Positions 56,994 through 64,000 of a stretch of DNA of 64,000 bases are shown in pieces (positions within the stretch are counted from its first letter, which is position 1; every line of letters starts with the position of its first letter). A program made the position numbers and the translations under genes. The notes under the pieces were generated by a model that had not been told where the DNA came from, made no database searches, and worked only from the letters and a program-made list of their open reading frames with translations. Where the stretch lies: positions 4,421 to 68,420 of the forward strand of contig CAZJHS010000003.1 in NCBI GenBank assembly GCA_964545895.1, in the 5' to 3' direction. This DNA is from an uncultured Chitinophaga sp. (GTDB lineage Bacteria > Bacteroidota > Bacteroidia > UKL13-3).

Positions 56994-58067
56994 TTAACCT
57001 AGGTTTCCTTCTTTTAAACGCTCGGTATTTTCGGCTATCTGAAGCTTATCAATAAACTCTTGAATTTCACCGTTCATTACATCAGGTAAGTTGTAAACGG
57101 TTAAGCCAATGCGATGATCAGTTACACGTCCTTGCGGGTAATTGTAGGTACGAATTTTTGCTGAGCGGTCACCGGTTGAAACCATGGTTTTACGTGAGCT
57201 TGCAATTTTTTCGTTGTGCTTTTGCAATTCCATTTCGTACAACTTGGTACGTAACATTTGCATAGCACGAGCACGGTTACCTAACTGCGTACGTTCAACC
57301 TGGCAAACCACCACAATACCTGTTGGCTTATGGGTTAACATCACTTTAGATTCAACCTTGTTTACATTTTGCCCTCCAGCACCACCAGAGCGAGCGGTTT
57401 GCATATCAATATCAGCAGGATTTAAATACACATCCACTTCTTCGGCTTCGGGTAAAACAACCACTGTTGCAGCAGATGTATGCACGCGGCCTTGTGTTTC
57501 GGTATCAGGTACACGTTGCACACGATGCACGCCACTCTCATATTTTAAAATTCCGTACACATCATCGCCAGATACTTCAATTACAATTTCTTTATAACCT
57601 CCAGCAGTACCTTCGGTAAAATCAATTACCTCTGTTTTCCAACCACGACCTTCGCAAAAACGCATGTACATGCGGTATAAATCGCCAGCAAAAATACTTG
57701 CCTCATCACCACCAGTACCACCTCTAATTTCAAGCACAGCATTCTTTTCGTCTTCTGGATCTTTAGGAACTAAAAGCATACGAATTTCTTGCTCCATTGG
57801 CTCTACCATCGGAATCATTTCATCCAACTCGGCTTTAGCCATTTCGCGCATTTCTTCGTCTTTTTCGGTGCTTAATAGTGATTTATTATTTTCAATATTT
57901 CCCACTAAGTCGCGATACTGATAGTACTTTTCTACAATTTTTTGCAACTCTTTGTACTCACGATTTAGCTGCGTAAAACGTTTCATATCGCTTACCACAT
58001 CTGGTTGCGAAAGCATATCTTGTACTTGGTCAAACCTAACTTTAATGGTTTCTAATTTCTGTAACAT
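56994..58067 (-). CDS. prfA: Peptide chain release factor 1
   Basis: It has the GGQ motif ([14 protein letters not shown]) and HRVQRVP. I prefer the ATG at 58067 ([12 protein letters not shown]). Confidence 0.95.
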   Translation of the reverse strand: MLQKLETIKVRFDQVQDMLSQPDVVSDMKRFTQLNREYKELQKIVEKYYQYRDLVGNIENNKSLLSTEKDEEMREMAKAELDEMIPMVEPMEQEIRMLLVPKDPEDEKNAVLEIRGGTGGDEASIFAGDLYRMYMRFCEGRGWKTEVIDFTEGTAGGYKEIVIEVSGDDVYGILKYESGVHRVQRVPDTETQGRVHTSAATVVVLPEAEEVDVYLNPADIDMQTARSGGAGGQNVNKVESKVMLTHKPTGIVVVCQVERTQLGNRARAMQMLRTKLYEMELQKHNEKIASSRKTMVSTGDRSAKIRTYNYPQGRVTDHRIGLTVYNLPDVMNGEIQEFIDKLQIAENTERLKEGNLG

Positions 58068-58191
58068 GTGTGTGTGTTTTGGTAACAATCCCATCATCAG
58101 CCCCAACCAAATGCCGAATGCTGATGCAAAAAGGTGTGCGAATTTCGGTTTTTTTGGTTACAACACCAACCAATTTATCAGACTTGGCTAA

Positions 58192-58992
58192 CTAATAACT
58201 ATACAGGTAAACGCTATCGGGCTTTTGTAAATAAAGGCGCTCTTTTTCAACACTAAGTTTAATAACATTGGTAGTATCGGGCATATTGTAGCTATTGCTT
58301 TGACCCGTTTGCCAATTGTATTTATTTAGTTTTTGATTGGCGTAATAGAAAAAATATTTATCAAGTATTTTAATCTCAGCAATGCCTTTAAGCGGAATGG
58401 TTTTTTGGTACGATGCAAACACATCAAACAACAAAATACCATTGGTGGAATCAACCATAAAAAGACGTTCGCCATTATCAAACAAATGGGTTACTGCTGC
58501 ATTATCAATAATATATTGGCGTATGTTGCCGCTGGTTTGTTCTACCTCGTTTTGGGTTGATACTTTTTTAAGTTGCAAATCGCCTAAATCAAAAACCCAC
58601 ACATTATTATCGTATGAGCGGGCAATAGCCGAAGCTTGTATAATACCGGCTTTTGTTAGGTTGATTTCGCCCCTATAAGCCAAGTTATTATCCAACATCA
58701 CCACCTTATTTAACTCTCGATAAAACAAGTAAATCTGCATGGGGTTTGATGCATCTATTTGTGTAATGTTACCTGCGTTATTGTAGTTTAATGTGCTGAT
58801 AACAGTGCCTTGACGGCCATACTTTGTTAGCTGATTGGTTTTGGTAACTACATATAAATTTCCAAAATTATCGGTATGAATAAGTTTGGCGTTTGTTTTT
58901 ATACCCTGCACCAAAGCAAACGGATTGGGGTTTTGCGGAGGAACAAACGCACAAAGCAGTATCACACTAAAAACTAACGCGAGCTTTTTCAT
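58192..58992 (-). CDS. Secreted hypothetical protein
   Basis: 266 aa with a signal peptide. It overlaps the lpxH stop by 4 nt. Confidence 0.55.
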   Translation of the reverse strand: MKKLALVFSVILLCAFVPPQNPNPFALVQGIKTNAKLIHTDNFGNLYVVTKTNQLTKYGRQGTVISTLNYNNAGNITQIDASNPMQIYLFYRELNKVVMLDNNLAYRGEINLTKAGIIQASAIARSYDNNVWVFDLGDLQLKKVSTQNEVEQTSGNIRQYIIDNAAVTHLFDNGERLFMVDSTNGILLFDVFASYQKTIPLKGIAEIKILDKYFFYYANQKLNKYNWQTGQSNSYNMPDTTNVIKLSVEKERLYLQKPDSVYLYSY

Positions 58993-59771
58993 GAAGGTTG
59001 AAATGTTTTTAACGATAACGTATTTCCATCAAAAACCGCATAGGTGTTATACCCCATCCAATCGCCAAGATTTATAAATTGGCTTTGTGGGGTAATGTTT
59101 TTTTGCATAGGCAAATGCCTGTGACCAAACACAAAATAATTTACAGCGGTATGCGCTAAAATGCCCTTTGCATAAAGCATTAAATGCTCTTTATCATCGC
59201 CATAGTAAACGGCATTTTCGGTAAAGGTGTGCTTTTTACTATTGGCCGAAAACCAATTGGCTATTCCTATGCCAATATTGGGGTGAAAAAATGCGAATAC
59301 CCTTTGAAAAAAACGATTGCGATAAACACTTAATATAAATTTAAACCATCGTTGCCCAGGGCCTAAACCATCGCCATGTGCAATATGAAAAATTTGATTG
59401 TTTAAGGTAATGGTAATTGGCTTACTGTAAACTTTGCAACCTAGTTCTTGCTCTAAATATCCAAACTGCCACAAATCGTGGTTACCATGAAAAATATGTA
59501 AACGAATTCCTGCATCACTTAGCTCGGCAAGCTTGCCTAAAAGCCTCGTAAATCCTTTAGGTACAACCGTTTTATACTCAAACCAAAAATCAAACAAATC
59601 GCCCACTAAATAAATGTCCGAGGCATTGTGTTTAATGCTATCAAGCCAACTCACAATAAGTTTTTCGCGTGTTAAACTTGCCTCAAAATTGGGAACGCCC
59701 AAGTGAAAATCGGAGGCAAAATATGTATGCGTGCGTGTGCTCAAAAAATTAGGCGTGATGTTGGTCGTCAA
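58989..59771 (-). CDS. lpxH: UDP-2,3-diacylglucosamine diphosphatase
   Basis: Calcineurin-like motifs are present (FASDFHLG, YLVGDLFDFW, GNHD, AHGD, GHRH). Confidence 0.85.
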   Translation of the reverse strand: MTTNITPNFLSTRTHTYFASDFHLGVPNFEASLTREKLIVSWLDSIKHNASDIYLVGDLFDFWFEYKTVVPKGFTRLLGKLAELSDAGIRLHIFHGNHDLWQFGYLEQELGCKVYSKPITITLNNQIFHIAHGDGLGPGQRWFKFILSVYRNRFFQRVFAFFHPNIGIGIANWFSANSKKHTFTENAVYYGDDKEHLMLYAKGILAHTAVNYFVFGHRHLPMQKNITPQSQFINLGDWMGYNTYAVFDGNTLSLKTFQPS

Positions 59772-60468
59772 TTAAAAAAACAAAAAGCTCTTTAGGGCCG
59801 TGTGCACCTAAAACCAGCGTACGTTCAATATCGGCAGTACGACTTGGACCCGTTACATAACTGAGCATGGCAGGTGTATTGCGGCCATATTTGTTTTTTA
59901 TTACCTGCATGGCATCCTTCATTTCCATAACTACTTGCGAGGTATGTGCCACCACAATGTGTGTACTTGGTGCAATAGAAATAGCTCTGCCGTTTTTGGT
60001 TGAACTTAAAAGTACTGAGCCAATGCGAGCAATTAAACTTTCGCAACCAGTAATGCCTACTTGCGCTTTTTCAATTTGAGCTACATCGTAGTTAAACGTA
60101 ATGCCGCTCTCCTTTAAATGTTGCTGTATATCGGACTCCCAGCAATGTAAGTTCTTGTATTTTTTACGCTCAATTAGCGTTAAAAGTTTATCAATAAAAT
60201 CAAACTTATTATCGCAGTAAATAAACTGCCCTTGAGCCTGAGTAAAATTACGAGCAAACGTTTCTAAAATTGGTTCGTGAGCGGGAGGTTGCGTGTAAAT
60301 ATTACTTTCTAAATCAATATTTGCATACATAGCTTTAGACTTGAAAATAAGCGCCTGACGCACCTTTTTCAAGATTTTTTCTTTAGCTGTTGTTGTATTT
60401 TGATCTAATGCCACTTGGTAGCAAGGTAAGTTATTTAGGCAAATATATAAATTAAGCACAAAAACCAT
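59749..60468 (-). CDS. LUD domain (LutC/YkgG-like) protein
   Basis: It has AKEKILKKVRQAL and ISIAPSTHIVVAHTSQVV...GPSRTADIE. The ATG at 60468 gives an odd hydrophobic leader, so the GTG at 60414 is an alternative start. Confidence 0.7.
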   Translation of the reverse strand: MVFVLNLYICLNNLPCYQVALDQNTTTAKEKILKKVRQALIFKSKAMYANIDLESNIYTQPPAHEPILETFARNFTQAQGQFIYCDNKFDFIDKLLTLIERKKYKNLHCWESDIQQHLKESGITFNYDVAQIEKAQVGITGCESLIARIGSVLLSSTKNGRAISIAPSTHIVVAHTSQVVMEMKDAMQVIKNKYGRNTPAMLSYVTGPSRTADIERTLVLGAHGPKELFVFLIDDQHHA

Positions 60469-60628
60469 TCATTACCTTGCATTGCATAATTAACTGTATT
60501 TTAGCAGCAGCAAATTTATCCCTCTAAATTATTACTTAAAAATACGGTTGATTAAGAATAATTAAAGACACTACATGCAGCATTGTAACGCAAATAGCAC
60601 TTGCTTTGACCTATTAATTAAGCTTGGT

Positions 60629-63496
60629 ATGAAAAGATTTATACTCATTTTGTTGTTTGTATTTACATCGGCTCTATCCTTTGCTGATCATTTAGCTGGA
60701 GGTAGTATTTCGTATACCAACATTGGTGATAGAAAATGGAAAATTACTTTAAAAATTATAGCTAACTGCCCAACAGCGTTTGCCTTTTGCAGACCAGAAG
60801 CCTGCCCAGTAATGGTTATGGTAAAACCAAGCCTGCAATTAAATCCTCCTGGTTCAGAAACTACAGTAAGTCCAAGCTCTATTACAATTAACCTAACCAA
60901 AGTTAACATAGAAGATATTAATCAAGTGGAGGTAAACCAACTGGGAGTGATTGCTAAAAACAACTGTACCAACATGGGCCAACAAACGGCTGGCTTTCAA
61001 AATCCAAGTTGGGAAGTATACACTTTTGAAGGAGTGTTAGATATGAGTATGCCTTCTCTTAATAACTCTGCATGCAAATATTGGGATATTACATATTCAG
61101 ATGCTGCACGCCTTTATCCTTCTATAACAAGCTTTGATGCTAATGCTGCTAGCTTTGCACTTAAAACGACACTAAATATTTATCATCAATCATCAGTAGC
61201 AAATGGATTAAAGTCAAACTCGCCACAATTAAAAAATCACCCATTGTTTAGAGCATACTCTGGCAATCAAATTTTTTATAACCCCGCTGCAATCGATAAA
61301 GATGGTGATTCACTTAGTTATTTTGTTGGACAAGCCTATTCCCAGCAAAATTTGCCCATGACCTATGCAGCCCCATTCAGCAATACTTATCCATTTCCGC
61401 TTAACCAAACTGCCGAGCCACATATTAGTTATCCGCAAGGCATCAACCCTTATTTAATTATGGATGGAGCAACAGGTACTTTAAGTTTTAATCCTGTAAA
61501 TAATAGCGCTAATAGTTTAATTGGATCGGTTGTAATTGGTATTAAACAATGGTCGAAGGATACATTAGGTAATCCGCTATTGGTAGGCATACAAGAGTAT
61601 GAATTTCCGGTGATGGTGGTTAATAACCAAGACAATAACGGCATAATATTAAAAAACCCGGTGGCTGTAAACAACTCGTTTAAAACAGCCTATACCATGT
61701 TGCCAACCGATACGCTTGTGGTAAATATTACTGCTAAAGATCCTGATATTAGTAGCACATCAACCCGAACTGATACTACTAAAATTATTCAAGTATTTAT
61801 GTCGGATAGTGTTAACACAACCATTACACATATCAACGGAACATCGGCCGAAGATGCCATTGCTATTAAATACACACCTGGCATGGCTAAGCTTAGCACC
61901 ACACAAACATTTACGGTGTTGGCCGTTGATAATAACTTCCCCATGCAAATGTCGTCAAGACAATTTAAAGTGCGCGTAGTTGATGGTGTTGCTTCGGCCA
62001 ATATTGCTAAAACTACTGATAACTGTGGCCAAGTTACCATTAGCTATTACAACCCGGTTAATGTAAATAATGTAGTGTGGAATGTAAGCACAATCCCCAA
62101 TCAATACAATTTATTACCAAACCAAGTGCTCAGTTATACCAGCAGTGCACCTATTAAATTACCCGCTTTTAATGCCATTGGTAAATATTTAGTTAGGCTT
62201 ACCATTTACAGAAAAGAACCCGAAAATGCTTCGCCTGTTTTTGTGTATGATACCATTACTGTTACTAAACAAACTTATCAAAACCCCGTAAAAGATACTG
62301 CTGTTTGTGCAAACTCGCCTGTTGCATTTACTATTTTACCGGGTAATTATTTATGGACCGCACGCCATAAGGAACAACAATTTGATACAACGGGTAATAC
62401 CTTTAACGATACCGTTTATGCCAATACGGTTTATTATGTGAGTGGCACAGTTACTGATTCGGCCTATGCTGGTTGTGTATTGTTTGATACAGCAACTGTT
62501 TGGGTTCAAACTACGCCTGAAACTCATTTAAATACCACCTACGCATTATGTAACAATACGCAGGTAACACTTAAAGCTACCGCACATAATACCAATACGG
62601 TGGCTTATGTATGGAACAATAATTTAACTGATTCTGTTATTACCGTTAACCAAACTGGCACTTATTGGGTAACCTTAACTAATGTACAAAACGGTTGTAC
62701 GTTAACTAAAACTGTTCAGGTAATTGGTGGTTCGTTGGTTAATTTAACTGTTCCCAAAAACGTTACAGCATGCCAAAACGATTCTGTAAAACTATATGCC
62801 AATGGTGCCGAAAATTACGTTTGGGAAGAATTAATAAATGGTAATCGTGTTGTTGTATCAAATGATTTAGCCTACTTATTTAAAGCTAACCAAAGCAAGC
62901 AAATTTATGTATCGGGCACATCAAACAACCCTATGTATTGCCCTAACCACGATACTATTTTTGTTGAAGTTACCCCAAAACCAAACCTTACTATTAGTGG
63001 ATTAGCCACTATAAAAAGCAACGATACCACAACCTTTACCATACCGCCAAACCCGCAATACCAAATTACCTGGAGTACACCACGCGGAAGTATTTTATAC
63101 AGCAATGATACCATGGCCAAAATTACCTGGGATATACACGGGTTTGACACCCTGAGTGTGGCTGCATACCAAACAAATTGTGGCACACTAAAACAAAACA
63201 AACAGGTTTCAATTTTTTATGTTGATGGACTTAACACCATGCAACTAAAAGCGAAAATTAAAATTTACCCCAACCCAGCAAATGGTTACCTAAATATTGA
63301 TTTTGATGATGTTAATGAACCTATTGAGCTTACCGTTTTTAACAACACCATGCAACAAGTTTTGCCAACTTATGTTTTAGATAATAAGCAAAGCAACTAT
63401 CAATTGCCGGTAAAAACTTTAACTAACGGCCTGTACTTTATAAAATTAAGCGGCAAGCAACAAAGCCTATTTTACAAAATTGTGATAGCTAATTAG
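60629..63496 (+). CDS. Large secreted Ig/adhesin-like protein with a T9SS C-terminal sorting domain
   Basis: It has a signal peptide from the ATG at 60629. The CTD is [14 protein letters not shown]...[22 protein letters not shown]. Confidence 0.8.
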   Translation: MKRFILILLFVFTSALSFADHLAGGSISYTNIGDRKWKITLKIIANCPTAFAFCRPEACPVMVMVKPSLQLNPPGSETTVSPSSITINLTKVNIEDINQVEVNQLGVIAKNNCTNMGQQTAGFQNPSWEVYTFEGVLDMSMPSLNNSACKYWDITYSDAARLYPSITSFDANAASFALKTTLNIYHQSSVANGLKSNSPQLKNHPLFRAYSGNQIFYNPAAIDKDGDSLSYFVGQAYSQQNLPMTYAAPFSNTYPFPLNQTAEPHISYPQGINPYLIMDGATGTLSFNPVNNSANSLIGSVVIGIKQWSKDTLGNPLLVGIQEYEFPVMVVNNQDNNGIILKNPVAVNNSFKTAYTMLPTDTLVVNITAKDPDISSTSTRTDTTKIIQVFMSDSVNTTITHINGTSAEDAIAIKYTPGMAKLSTTQTFTVLAVDNNFPMQMSSRQFKVRVVDGVASANIAKTTDNCGQVTISYYNPVNVNNVVWNVSTIPNQYNLLPNQVLSYTSSAPIKLPAFNAIGKYLVRLTIYRKEPENASPVFVYDTITVTKQTYQNPVKDTAVCANSPVAFTILPGNYLWTARHKEQQFDTTGNTFNDTVYANTVYYVSGTVTDSAYAGCVLFDTATVWVQTTPETHLNTTYALCNNTQVTLKATAHNTNTVAYVWNNNLTDSVITVNQTGTYWVTLTNVQNGCTLTKTVQVIGGSLVNLTVPKNVTACQNDSVKLYANGAENYVWEELINGNRVVVSNDLAYLFKANQSKQIYVSGTSNNPMYCPNHDTIFVEVTPKPNLTISGLATIKSNDTTTFTIPPNPQYQITWSTPRGSILYSNDTMAKITWDIHGFDTLSVAAYQTNCGTLKQNKQVSIFYVDGLNTMQLKAKIKIYPNPANGYLNIDFDDVNEPIELTVFNNTMQQVLPTYVLDNKQSNYQLPVKTLTNGLYFIKLSGKQQSLFYKIVIAN

Positions 63497-63527
63497 CAAT
63501 AATTATTGGTATTACTTGGGCATTTCA

Positions 63528-63535
63528 TACCTTTG
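63528..63535 (+). promoter_or_regulatory. Bacteroidetes -7 promoter box upstream of panD
   Basis: TACCTTTG lies 12 nt upstream of the ATG at 63547. Confidence 0.35.
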
Positions 63536-63546
63536 CCCCGCTTTTT

Positions 63547-63897
63547 ATGCATATCGAAGTACTAAAATCTAAAATTCACCGCGTTAAATTAACTCAAACC
63601 GAGTTACATTACGTGGGAAGCATTACCATTGACGAGGCGTTGATGGAAGCTGCAAACATGATTGAAAACGAAAAGGTTCAGGTTGTAAACGTTAACAATG
63701 GCGAACGACTTGAAACTTACATTATTAAAGGCGAACGCAACAGCGGAGTAATTTGCCTTAACGGCCCTGCTGCACGCAAGGGTTTTGTGGGCGATTACTT
63801 GGTAATTATTTCTTACGCATCTATGGATTTTGAAGCGGCTAAGCAATACAAACCAATTGCCATTTACCCTGATAACAACAACAAACTAATCAGTTGA
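63547..63897 (+). CDS. panD: Aspartate 1-decarboxylase
   Basis: [23 protein letters not shown], with the GS self-cleavage site, and LNGPAAR. Confidence 0.95.
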   Translation: MHIEVLKSKIHRVKLTQTELHYVGSITIDEALMEAANMIENEKVQVVNVNNGERLETYIIKGERNSGVICLNGPAARKGFVGDYLVIISYASMDFEAAKQYKPIAIYPDNNNKLIS

Positions 63898-64000
63898 GTA
63901 ACCAACTAAAAAAAGCCATACAACTGCTTGTCATATTTGGCATTGGCGCAGCCTTTTTGTTTTTTGTATTTAAAGGAACAAATTGGCCAGAGCTTTGGCT
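63894..64000 (+). CDS. 5' end of a membrane protein gene (possibly flippase-like/LPG-synthase TM domain), truncated by window edge
   Basis: A TTG at 63894 overlaps the panD stop. It reads [35 protein letters not shown]. It is not in the ORF track. Confidence 0.35.
   Translation, partial: MSNQLKKAIQLLVIFGIGAAFLFFVFKGTNWPELW

Overview
This is a low-GC Bacteroidota chromosomal window. Supporting signs are many T9SS C-terminal sorting domains, TAnnTTTG-type promoter boxes, no obvious Shine-Dalgarno sites, and DUF4834/DUF2851/DUF4139-type genes. Most of it is housekeeping: menA (partial, missing from the ORF track), hflX, two large PpiC/SurA-type PPIases, a MoxR ATPase, murI, tatC, rpiB, meaB, dxs, aat, pyrF, the rplM-rpsI-rpsB-tsf block, prfC, prfA, lpxH and panD. 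There are also two ECF sigma/anti-sigma pairs and one HK/RR pair. I found no rRNA, tRNA, CRISPR array, transposase or integrase. The most unusual structure lies at about 10.4-19.05 kb, where three pairs of near-perfect direct repeats (67, 106 and 27 bp) occur. Each repeat is a duplicated terminus of a neighbouring gene, and each pair brackets a gene-bounded, visibly AT-richer cassette. Cassette 1 carries an XRE regulator, a small Cys-motif secreted protein followed by a hairpin, and a 557-aa secreted protein. Cassette 2 carries a T9SS cargo gene plus the 3' remnant of a destroyed T9SS gene. Cassette 3 is a frameshifted lipoprotein gene. The 106-bp and 27-bp repeats are interleaved. I read this as an integrase-less cassette-exchange hotspot for secreted and T9SS proteins, but the mechanism is inference. 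Other points worth a look are an overlapping HipA-like kinase/DUF3037 pair, an AT-rich single-gene insertion between the two PPIase genes, an AT-rich islet at 29.9-33.7 kb, an ECF/anti-sigma/GIN-beta-barrel operon, and a 7 x 150-bp in-frame tandem repeat. All GC statements are by eye and were not computed.
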